In this document: piece after piece, positions 31,765 to 44,600 of the stretch | How positions within the stretch are numbered: the stretch's first letter is position 1 | Layout: each line of letters opens with the position of its first letter | Source: an uncultured Bacteroides sp. | GTDB taxonomy: Bacteria > Bacteroidota > Bacteroidia > Bacteroidales > JACABE01 | Assembly (NCBI GenBank): GCA_964422385.1 | Contig: CAYRBL010000001.1 | Location: 19,999-83,998 of the forward strand | Direction: 5' to 3' | DNA length: 64,000 bases | The notes under the pieces: generated by a model | What the model was told of the DNA's origin: nothing | The model's database searches: none | Seen by the model: only the letters and a program-made list of their open reading frames with translations | Program-made: the position numbers and the translations under genes

Positions 31765-34700
31765 ATGGCATTAGTAAAAAAATTACAAGTCGGCGGACAA
31801 GTTGATGAAAACACTCTAAATAATGAATTGAATACTCAATTAGAATCTTTTAACTTAAAGGGAAAAGATGAGAGAAAGGTAAGAGATGCATTAGTTAAAT
31901 TTAGAGATTATTTCAAAGACTCTAAAGGGAAGTCATTCTCAGTAGATCCACTATCACAGAAATATACTGTAAGTGGTCCTGGAAGTGAGTCCTTTACTGG
32001 AAGTCCAGACGAGATACATCGTGGTTGGTTTACTGGTAACCTAAAAATTCAAAATGAGCAGGACGCTATGTCTATTGCTGCAGCTATCTACAATAAAGCA
32101 TTGAGCGGAGTGTCAGGTAAAACTGGCGGAGTTTCAGGTGTTGGTAGTGGAGCAACAGGTACAAGAGAAGCTATTAATATAGGTGACCTTGGTGAATTTG
32201 TTATTAGTGACATTTACGGAACCAAAGATAATTTCAAGACTGGGTTCGGTACAATAAAAAAAGATGAAGATAGAAAGGCAAAAGTATTCGATTTTGCACA
32301 ACAAAAAATAAATGACTATTTAAAGAAAACCGAATTAGGTAAGGATAAATATGATTACGCTGATGTGCAAAAAGTAAAAGACATACAAGATGCTATTAAT
32401 AAAAAAGACTGGGATGCCTTCCAAAATGCTGCATATAAAGTTAAATGGGAACCACAAAAGTTCTTACTAACTGAAGAGCAAAGAAAACAATTAGAGACTG
32501 ATACTAAAACTGCAGCTGCAACTAAAGCAAAAGAATCTTTTGATAAATTAGGATTAGCACCAGAATTACAACAAAAATTATATACAGCAGGTTTTACGGA
32601 ATCTGCTCCAGAAGATTGGACTCCAGATGCAAATACTGGATGGTTCAAAGACGTACTTCATCAACATGGAGCACGTGTTCTATATAATCCAACAACAAAA
32701 AGACATATTGCAGTTACTAAAAATAACTACTTTAATTATGGTATGTCAGATCAATTCCATCCCGGATATGGTTACTCTTGGAGTAATGATGAAACTGGAT
32801 TTAATTGGTACAATCCACAACAACATTCAGCTAATGCTGGAGTATGGGGAGCTGATAAATATGCAGGGCAAAATATTGGTAGAGAATTAATTACAAATAT
32901 GCCTGGTAAAGTTTATGGTTGGTCTGATGAACGTGATGGTCAATATGCTAAAGACTTCTTAGGTAGAAGAGATTTTACTAAACAATTAGTTATTGTTCAA
33001 GACGGAGTTAAGAAATATTTGACTAGAGGAGATGACCATGTTTATAGAGATAAACAAGGACGTCCTGTAGATGTACATATTAAAGGATTTGGTGATACTC
33101 ATACTGTTGCACAAACTTATGATATTCCAGAAGAGTTTAAATCTTTAGGCAATTACTCTCATTATAATGAACAAAGTGTTTATCCATTAGCTACTCAATA
33201 TATGGAACAGTTAGAAAAGAAAGCTGCTGGACAAAATATTGAAGTTAATCAAGATGATTTTAAAAATGTAATTACATCTTTAAATGCTATTTCTCAGAAC
33301 TCGGCAAGTGAGTCTGAAAAATTAAAAGCTTTAAAAACTCTTAACGCTATTAAGAACTTAATAGTTAAATCTAAATATGATGTCCCATTTAAAAAATCAG
33401 GCGGCGTGTTAAAAGCAGCATCTGGGACTAAATTAGACAGTTATTTAAATAAATACGGAACTCCGTCTGCCCCAACACAAGCATCAGCACAAGCTCCAAA
33501 AGGCCCAGGTCAAGCACGTAATATTGCAGGTACTTGGAAAGGTCAAAGTGGTGCGGAAGATTTCTGGACAGGCGTATCTCTAGCAGGTACAGCAGGTTCA
33601 TTCATTCCAGGTTATGGAGCAATTGGTGCAGGAGTATCAACTGTTGCAGATATTGCTAAAGACATAGCTAAAGATGGATTCCAATGAAATGACGTATTCA
33701 ATTGGAATACTGCTGCAAATCTTGGATTTACTGCATTATCCCTTGTTGGCTTAGGCGGATTAAAAGCATTGAAAGTAGGAGCTGAAGCTGTTAAAATTGG
33801 GGAAGCTGCTAAAGTAGCTAAATCTCTTAAATTTGAAAAAGTTGCATCTAAAGCACTTCAACTTGAAAAAAGTTTTGGCGAAGGTAATGCCCTTGTAAAG
33901 CAAGTTAAGAATTTAACAGGCACAGTTGAGGAACTTGGAAAATTAGGGAAAGATGGCAAAGTAGTTTTAAAAGACTTGGCTGAAGTAAAACATGTATCTG
34001 AATTGAAAAACTTAACAAAAGCTGAAGAAGATATCCTGAAAGCTAAAGGTTATGTAGACCAAGAAGGTAAAGTTTTAGATGCATTTCATAATGATTTAGT
34101 GGCTGCTAAAGGAGTACAATTTGCACCAAAAACAGTAGCTGGACAAATTGCTAAAGGGATTGTTCCATCTGCAGAAAAAGCAATTCAAGCTGTTGGTAAA
34201 GTATTGGGAAGTAAGTTTGTTAAGAATACAGCAACTGCTGCTATGCTTGGGACTGGAGCTACTAGTTTATATGGTATAGGAAAAGATATGGCTGAAGCTC
34301 CAGAAGGTTCAGGATTATTTGGATCCCTTGCCTATACAAAACCGTCTGACTTTAAAGGAGCCTTAATGGCAGGATCTTTAGCACATGGTCTTGCACAAAA
34401 TGCATTAACAGCTAAAGCTTTAGAAAGACAAGCTACGAAAACAATGACTGAAGATATATCAACATTTAAAATTGGCGATGAAGAAGTTAATGTTAAAGGC
34501 TTATTCTCTAAACCTAAAGAAATTCCTAAGGTTGGTAAAATCGGAGCTAAACATATGGATGCTCGTAATGAAAGTAAAGCTAATGAGTTTAAACAACAAA
34601 TAGCTAAAGCTTATGAGCAAACACATGGTAAAGCATTAAGTGAAGAACAAATTAAAAATATTAATATTGATGATATAAAAATTGCTAAAGGTGAAACTAA

Positions 34701-36672
34701 AGGTGGTTATATATTAGGTCAAAATGTTTCTGCTGAATCAGGAAATCCTTATAGAGATATAAGAGATTATAAAAGAGCAGAAAGAGCATTGGAAACTAAT
34801 AAAGCAAGACCATTTTCTGGCTTACCAACTAGAAGTAAATTTGCAGTAGAAAAAGGAGTTGCCCCAGAATCTGGACAAGTATTTAAACCTTTAACAGAGC
34901 ATGCAACAGCATCACCTTCTATTAGTAAAGAGGCTTTAGCAAAAGCTACTAGATTAAGTAAAGAGGAATTACAAGCACTTCAAGAAGTACAAGGGATTAA
35001 ACAGTCCTTTAGAAGTGAACGTAAAGCTTTACTTGAAAGTCAACAAGGCATATCTAAGAGAACTAAAATATATAAAAACGCACAAAAGAAAATTGATGAG
35101 TTAAATAGAAAACTTAAAACTTCTAATTGGAGCGAGAAATATAAACAAGCTTTAAATGAGATTAATAATCCTTCTGAGTTTGCTGAAGGCGGTATTTTAA
35201 AATACCAAACTCCTGCGCAAACTTTACAGTTAGGTGCATTAGATCCAACTTCTTTGAAGATTAAAGCAAAAAACAAAGAACATTTAAATTGGAATCCTTT
35301 AAGTGGAACTGCAGGCATATTTGATGCTAAAGGACAATATACACAAGATTTCTTAAATAGAAGAAAGTTAATTACTCCGGAATGGTTTAAAGCTAATCAA
35401 GCTGAATTACAAAAACGAATTGCAGCTTCTGGCTCTACATTCCAATTGAATAATATTGATCAACTTTTAAAAGGAACAAGTGATTATAAACCTGGTATCT
35501 TACATGATATTGTGATGGGAACAATTCAACCAATGAAAGCTGAATTTACTAATCCACAAGAAAATCCTGTAGTTGAACAACCAAAACCTGAGGTTAAGCC
35601 AGAAATAAAACCTGAGCCAGCGCCATCAGCACCTACTTTACCAACAACTTCAACTAGCGGTGATATAGTAGCTAAAGGAAATCCAAAACCTTGGAATTGG
35701 TCTGGAGTGGCTAAGTACTTACCAGATGCAACTGATATTTCAAACGCACTTATGTATGCAAGTACAGTAAATACCAACAGTCAAGTTGGTGATGCACAAA
35801 GAAGAGCTGTTGCTGATAGTATGTATACTGTTCCTTATATGCCTAATCAATACATGAGGATTGATAGCCCTTATACTTTACAGGGAGAAAAGCAAGCCGC
35901 TGCTCTTGAAAGTAAAGCTGCGGGAGTTGCAGGAGATGTATCTGATATTGATAAATCAATGGCTGCTCGATTAACTGGTGCTGCACAAGCATCTGCAATT
36001 AGAGATAAAGCTCATATGGCGGACCAACAAAGAACGGATCAGATGAAAGCACAGCAACAACAATTAAATGCAAAAGTAGCAGAAGCTAATACTAAAATCT
36101 TAGGACAAAATAGAGCTTTAGCATCACAAGCATTTAGTAAAACACATCTAATTAATGCTAATGAAGACTTAGCTCAAAACGCCGCATTTACTAATTTTGT
36201 CACTGCTGCTGCAAGAAATCTTCCAGCTAAACAGTATAAACAAAATCAAACAGCTTTATATAAAGCTTATACTAATCCAGAATATACTGGAGCATCTGAA
36301 GCATATGCTAAATTAAACACAGATGAGGGACAAGCTAAATATAAAACACAGTATAATGCTGATGTTAAAAATCTTGGTTATGCAAAACCTTGGGAAGAAT
36401 CTACACATTATAAACAATGGCAAGATGATGTAACTAAGACTAAATCTAGAGTGGAAACTTTATATAAACCAATTCAAAATCTTATGATTGCTCAACAATT
36501 TCAACAACAACTTCTAAAGAGTGGTGGTTCATTAAGTAAGCAAGATAAGATTGATATTCAAAGGGATAAAGCTGAATCGGTTAGAGAGCTTAAAGAGTTG
36601 GAAATGTCTTTCAAAGCTATCATGCACAATAATGAAATGTTACAGAAATCTCTAATAAGAGTATTTAAATAA
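31765..36672 (+). CDS. very large internal/ejection (tape-measure-like) protein (1635 aa with TGA=Trp)
   Basis: Merges 31765-33687 and 33769-36672 (phase 1) through TGA 33685. The TGA sits inside a Gly-rich hydrophobic stretch (IAKDGFQ-W-NDVFNWNTAANLGFTALSLVGLGGL). Also has a P/E/K linker and long Q-rich coiled-coil segments. Confidence 0.7.
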
Positions 36673-36673
36673 T

Positions 36674-38584
36674 ATGAAAGTAAGAATAGAAAAATTACAA
36701 CAAGGGGGTGGATTTGCAACGTTCACCCCCATTATCAACGCGAGTCCTGGAGCTACTACTTCTAAAACAGCAGGAACTACAGAACAAACGAAAACTGCAA
36801 CATCTTCTATCCTAGACGATGATACATTTAAAGAACTTTTAACTAAAGGTGGTTTAACGAATGATGTTAATAGTCTTGTGGCAGAACTAGTAAAACTAGA
36901 ATCTACATCAGCTACACCATTTGCACAAAACACTAATAGGTCAATGGCTTTAAGAATGATTTCTAAAGTAAATGAATTACGACAGAATCATGATATGTGG
37001 AAAGACGCAATTAGTCATGCTAAAGAAGCCGGAGGTTTAGGAGAAGTAGCAGTTGATAATAATCAGATGTTTACTAAAGATGCTCAAGGTCGTATTAAAA
37101 CGATTAGTATCGCGGAGTATGCAGAGAATCCAGATAAAGTTAAAGTATTAAGTGTTGGAGAGTTAATGCAAGAAAGGCAGTATAACCCACAACTTGCTAA
37201 TCAAAATGGTTTATTTAGTGTAGCTAATAATGCAATTGGCTTAAGTAAAATAACTGACCATATTAAAGGTTTGGTACATGCTCTTGGAAAAGAAGAAACT
37301 TCAGAGTCTAAATTCTATTCTAAAGACCAAGCATCTCAGTTTTTAGCTTCCTTAGGAGCTAAAAGACCTTCAGAAGAAGAAGCTTATGCTTTACACACTT
37401 TACAACAAGTAATGTCTTCACCTAGTGATTATTCACAAGTTGAAAACAAATCAGTTTCTCAAAGAAATCAAAAACAAGTTAATACTGCATTAGGTTATAT
37501 ATGAAGAACTTTAGGAACAAATGCACAACAAAAGTTAGCTGCAACCGCAGCACTTAATGGTGTATCAGACCCAAGACAATTTATTTTAGATATGTTGCAA
37601 ACTGAAACATATGACATGAAAGAATCAAAAGTAACTCCTCACGGATTACCAGGAGCTTCAGGATCTGGAGCTGGTGGTAAAGGTAAAACTGTTGACTTGA
37701 CTCCATCTGAAATGTTCCATATGGATAAGCTATATGCACCTAATACAAAATACACAATAAATAATCCAGCCGCTGGAGTATCAATAGATATGGTAGCTTC
37801 TGGCATTGGTCCATTATATGGTTTAAACAAAGATGGTAATGTAATTGAGCCTGCCATTGTAACTAACATTTTTACAAAAGGAAATTATCAAGCATTACTT
37901 GACCAACATAAAGCATATATTGGAGATTCAAAAATAGATCCTTCACAACTTGGTGAAGTAGTATACTCAGGGGATGATGTAGCGAAAGTTTACATGCCTG
38001 TTAAGGGAGATGGTTCTCCTGATTTAGCTGGCTTAACAAGATTCAATGAAGTATATAAAGTTTATCAAGCTAATAAAAATAAATGGACTGTACAACAAGC
38101 TGAAGCATTCTTCGCAAGAAATGATTTTAGGGGAGTACGTATCCAAGAAATTAAGGGATTAGATGGCTCAATTAATAAAGAAATTATTGAAAACAATTCG
38201 GTACGTCCATTCTTGGCATTACCAGTTCTTACTAATTCAGCTTCTACTCTATCAGACAATCCGTGGATGGTTAAACTATCTGGAAATGAAAAAACAAGTG
38301 CAGAAAATATAATGAGTACTGCTTTCACTGTTTATGGTGGAACTACTAGTAAACCTACAAAGAAAAATATGGCTCCAAGTGGATTATTCTCTTTAGAGAG
38401 ACCATTTAAAGGGACATTATTTGTAGCATATAGACCTGAGTCATCAGCTATATTATCTTCAATGCACGCACATTTATCAGGTACAGCTCCTACGGAATTA
38501 GATGTTCATAGAAACTTATGGGAATCTACCAATACAGGTGAAGCTGCTGGCATTAACGCTGGAGCATCTGTATTATCAAATTAA
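36674..38584 (+). CDS. virion-module hypothetical protein (636 aa with TGA=Trp)
   Basis: Merges 36674-37504 and 37592-38584 (phase 2) through TGA 37502. N-terminal KLQQGG motif. Confidence 0.7.
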
Positions 38585-38601
38585 ACACATTATAATATAA
38601 T

Positions 38602-41600
38602 ATGGAAATAAACAAACCAAATGATATTTTAGTAGCAACATTAAACAGTCCTAATGCAACCGCTTATGATTTAATGTCGAATAATATACTTGGAAATAAT
38701 ACTTCTTTCTATTCGAAAGACGAATACAAGAAGTCAAAGTATGTACAAGACGCATTTAAAAAAGAAGATGGTAAATTTGATGATGTAGCTTTTGAAGGTG
38801 CTTATAAAGTGGCACAAGACAAATATACTCAATTGACAAATGATCAATATTTGAAAGGGTTGGACAAAATGGTGTACAGCCCTTTCGATATTACCCGTCC
38901 AAAGGATGCAAAGACATTTAATGTAGGTACTATATATAGCAGAGACATCAATCCGTTTAAAGAATTAAAAGGTTGAACTGGGGTTAATAGTGTAAATGAA
39001 AGTCCACTTACACTGAGAGAGTTAGCACAACAGAGCAAAGTTTTCGATCCAGAAACAAATACTTGGTCAGACAAGTCTTTAAACGATTTAAGTATCATAG
39101 ATAAAGTTTTTGGACAAACTCTTGTGTATGCCCAATGGGATACTGATGGGACTCATATAGATTTAGCTTCTGGGCAAACAGTAAAGCATAAAAAAGGAGA
39201 TTGGAAAATAAATGAAGAAGGTAATTTATATACTGAGAAATTAGGTAAGAGAGAAATTTATGGAAAACAAGTTGTAAATCCAACTGATATTCTTACTACT
39301 GATGGCTCTTTATTTAATAAGTTCGACTTCTTTGATTCTGATGATAGACAAAAATCTATTGCAGGCACAACCTTTAAATTAGCTTCACAAATAGCTCCTT
39401 ATTTAATTCCTGGATTTAATACTTATTATGGTGGAGTAACTGCTGCTATAGGTTTAGCGTCCGTATTACCAACTTTTTATAAAGCATTTGAAGGGATGTT
39501 AATTGGAGACAATAAAACATCTTTAACTGATGCTGCAACTTCCGCTGAAAGTTATTTAGCAAAATATAATCAGATGTCTATATCTGATGAATCACAAGGA
39601 TCTATGTTCAATTATGAGCAAATAGGCCAAATGGTTACACAAGTGTTCTCACAAATCTATCAACAAAGAGCCGCTGCTAGTTTATCTAACATTTTTTATA
39701 ATCCAAAAAATGCAGTAATTGATAAAAAGATTGCCGAATTAACAGAAGGAGTTAATAATGAATTTATTAAAAATTCCTTTAAAACAGCTGGTAAATTAAG
39801 TGATGAAAGTCTTACTAGTATTCATGCCAATATTATGGAGAAAATTCCTGGCTTAAAGGAATTATACGAAGACCAATCTAAAATGGCTAAAGCTTTAAAC
39901 TTAGGTTATATGGCATTGGTAACAACTAATGATATTTATGGCGAAGCTCTACAATCAGGATACGATAGAAGAACTGCAGGTTTTGCTGCTCTTGGTGCTG
40001 CTGCAGGACAATATGGTATTATGATGAATAACAGAATGGGTGACTGGTTCTTAGACAAAACTACTGGATATACTTTAGAATCAAATAGAGCCATGACTAA
40101 ATTGGCTGTTAAAGATTACTTAGATCCTATTAAAGAAGCATTCTCTAAAAAATCATCTACGGAAACTAAACAAGCATTAGGTGGTATCTTTGGTAAAATG
40201 AAAGAATCGTTTGTTGATATTTTTACAAGTCCAACAGTCTTAGGAGAAAACTTATTTAAACATTCTATTATTGAGGGTGTTGAAGAGGTAACTGAACAAG
40301 CAGTTTTGGATACAACTAAAGGCATGATTGATGTTATGGGTTATTTAGGTCTTACAAAAGGTAAAGGATCTTTTGGTGGATTTAGTAATGTGTTTAGTCA
40401 AAGTGGTTTAGAAAATTATATCTCTAACTTAGTTGGTGGTATGATTGGCGGTCCAATGTTTGAATTAAATACAACCAAATTAGAACCATTTATTAATCAT
40501 AGAATTCTTGGGAAAGAAGCTGTTACCCCAGAAGTAAGAAAATCAATGTACCAATTAATTGCTAATGGTCAAGGCCAAGATGTAATTGATGAATTAAATA
40601 AACAACGCAAATATCTCGGTAATGAATTTATAACTGTTCCAGACTCTAACGATGATACTGCAGATGCTGAAACAAGTAAATCTCGTTCACAAGCTGATGT
40701 GATTACTGATAATGCAATACAAATGGTAAGAAATATTGAAAGTATTTTACATACAGAAAATCTTGCCTATACAAATGAAGAAATTATTAAAAAAGCTTTT
40801 GTTGACCAATTGTTAATTGACAGTTTAAATAAAGCTAAAGGAGATTCTAAGGTAGGGATTGAAGGATTAGTATTAAGTGACTATACTGAAAACTTGGATA
40901 AACTAATGTTACTTCAATCTGAAATTCAATCATTATCAAAAGATGATGAATCTGCAGCAGCAAACAAAGCTGAGATTACACGATTAAAAGATGAAGCTAA
41001 AATCTATAAGGATAAATTACAAAATATTTTAGATGGTAAAGAAGCTGAGAATTACTTTAGTCAAGCCATGTTTTATTTATCTAAACCAATTAGCGAAAAG
41101 TACTTAGCTATTGATAGGGAAACTTATGCTAAAACAAAATATAATAAAAGTTATTACGACTTACCAGAAGATGGTGTTGGACTAACTAAAAAACGTCTTA
41201 ACGAAGAGTGGACAAAATACCAAGAAAACAAAGATATTAGAAAAGATCTTGAGGTTGCAACTAAGGTATATTTAGAAACTGAAAAATTATCAAACCCATA
41301 TATTGCAAAATATATAGAGTCTGGTTATAGTGAAGAAAGACGTAAGACAATTAAAAACCTTTTAAATTTATCTGGGACATTAAGTATATTTGATACGCAA
41401 GGGACAAATAAAAATATTGCAGTAAATAACTTTATTGCCGTAGCTAAAGAACTTGAACAACGTACAGGTAAAAAAATTATTCCTTGGGATGTAGTTAAAA
41501 CACAGTTCTATGACCACTTATTAAGCAATGGGTATATTATTGATGGTAGTACTGGTAAACCTATAGAAGACTCTTATCTTGAACAAGAAGTGGATGTTAA

Positions 41601-44600
41601 TGGACAAAAAATATCAAGAAAAGATTTACTTGGTGATTTTATTAACCAGACATTACAATTACTTCCTGCTGATAATATTGATATTAACTTATTATCAAGA
41701 CTTGTTTCACAACGTGTTGAAGAAGTAAATAAAGGGATAAATACTAATATTGAAGAACTTACTAAGCAAAAAGAGGATTTATTAGCAACTATGACTCCTG
41801 ATAACTCTGCTGATTTACAAGCTGAAATTAGTAAAATTGATGATAAGATTAATGAAGCTAAAGCTAAAACTTTAGACATTAGAGTTATTGGAAGTTATGC
41901 TGAAACTCAAGGACAACAAGCTAAATTAAAAATTGCGGCTGATGATTATATTACTAAAGTTGAAAATGAGAAATTAGAAGCTCAAAAAGAATTTTCTGAT
42001 AACTTATTAATAAACGGACAGACGTATGACCCTACCAGAATTCGTTCTGATATTCAAGAATTAATTGATAAGAAAGATGTTGGAACAACTGGTAAACCTA
42101 AAGCTCGTAAAGACACTGATAAACTTAAAGACATCGCTGAATATATTAGACAAACTCCTATTTATAATTATGAGTTACTTGAAAATATAATTAAAGGTGC
42201 TGGTACAGCTAAGAATAAAATTCAACAAATTACTAAGTTATTAGACGAAAGTAAAAAAGATTGGATCAAATTCTTATCTCTTAAAAATAAATATGAAGCA
42301 GCTAAGAATACTATTCTTGGAGAGAAATCTTCTGTTGAAGGAACAAATCACTTATGGGATGCAGTAATTCAAGAAGTTAAAAATGGTAACTTAGATGGTG
42401 AACTATTAGATTTCTTTAAAACTGCCTATAATGAAGGTATGGTTGAATTACAAAAGAATGATCCAAATCAAATCTTTTCAAGAGATGAACTTGCAGAAAT
42501 GCTGACATTGGATAAGAAAAGTCAAAGGGCATTTGAAGAATTTATGACTATGTTTGACCAACACATCAACCCAACATTATTACCTGATGGAAGTATAGAC
42601 CCTGCTTATGAAGTAACTAGGGATGAAGTTTTAAAACAAGTACAAGCTATTGGTAATGAAATCTTAAGAGATAAAGTTGGAGATATTCTTAAAAATGTAA
42701 CAGATCTTGAAGTTGCTGAAAAACCGTTGATGGCATTGGAGAGAGCGGTTGATAAGATTTCTAGATTTGTAAAAGCTAATCCACAATTAGTTACTCAAAT
42801 GTTAAAATCAAAAGAGCTACTTGATGATTCTGAAAAACATATTTCTAACTCAATATACGATTTATTAAAAGAATTTGATGTATATTTGTCGGATAATTTA
42901 AAACTCAGACAAAAGAAACTATTTGACATTTTAAAAGCCGAAGAATTCTCTTTAACTAAAGTTGCAGACATAACTAATTATTTATCTGATGGAGTTAACG
43001 TTGGAGATTTAAAACAAGCTATGGACACAATTAGTATGATTCAAGCTGCGGTTTATGCTATGAGTACAACTCAAGTTGGCTATGAAGATCCTCATGGATT
43101 TATTGCTACAAGACAACAGTTTGCTCAATCTAACAAAATCGCATCAGATGTACTTAATTTAAAGACTATTTCGTCTGATGAGGCCACATTAATGTTACAA
43201 GACTTAGAAAGAATTAGTAATAAACTAGGCTTCTTAAGAAATGTACTATTAAGTAATGCTGGACAGTTATTCACTGAACAAGAAAATATTAGAACAAAAA
43301 CAAATAAACTATTCGTAAACGCCTGGCAAGACCTTATGAATAGAAATATAACAGCAGCAGGAAATCCTATTATTAAGGATATTGCTGACGCTATTAAAAA
43401 TGAAAATATTACTGATGAGGAAAAACTCTTAGCAATAGAAAAACAATTCTATGATTTAAACAAATCATTATCACAGGAAGATAAGAAATCCTTATTAAGA
43501 GATTTAAAAGCTGCTTATCCATCTACTAATGAGGCTACAAGTATTTATCAATCTGACGGATCTGATGAAATTACTAAAAACATTACAGAGTTGAGCAACA
43601 ATGACTTCTTGTTATATCTAGCTGCTAATTTAACAGTAAATCCAAAAGACTTTAGTATTAGAATGCATGATATTTTGAAAACTCCAGAGTTTGATAAATC
43701 TCCGTTCTTTACCCAAGAATTAGGAATTAGAATTGCTTATGCATCTATTGTTAATTCAGATTTATTTTCAGTAATTGCAGAAACAAATGATCCTCTTACT
43801 ATTAAAACCCAGCATATTACTTACCTTTTAGGAGATGGTGGCACTGGTAAAACAACAGTAGGATTTAAAGTTTTAACTCTGTTATTACAAAATAATAATC
43901 CTAACTTAAAGATTTGGTTTGCCGCACCACACCAAGACCAAGCAGTAAAACTTCATGATGAAGTTCTTTCTAATGTGGATGATTCCAAATTTAATAAACA
44001 AGTTTACAACAAGAAAGCTTTATTTGATGCTTTAGGTTTAGGAGAAATGTATGAAAAGATTACTAACTTAGACAATAAAGCAATCTTTTTTGATAAAGAC
44101 CAAGGTGGTAGATTAGTTGTTGATAAAGAACAATTTAAAGATATTCCACTAATTGAGAACTTACCTGATGTTGTATTCATTGATGAGGTAACTCACTTTG
44201 GTGCACATGAAGTATTCTTATTAAATGAATTAGTTGCTAAAGCTAAAGACGCTGGTAAGACAATTAAAATTTTAGGAGCAGGTGATACATCACAAAAAGG
44301 ATTTGAGATTGAAGGTATATCTTCAAATGTAGACCAAGTCTCAGGTATCTTTACGCCACGTCTATCTTTAACAGTAAGAGCACTTAATAGTCAAAAAAGA
44401 AAAAATAATGAATCTATTGCCGAGATAACTAAACGAACAAGACAAGTTTGGTCATCAGGTAAAGATGATAAAAAAGTATTAGATTTAATTGGTTCTGGTT
44501 TACGTTTAGCCTATAATCATGATGCTAATACATTAAATGGAGATTTCTTAACTTCAGATGCTGCAATTCCAGAGACAATCTTTGAAACATTAGCAAATAG

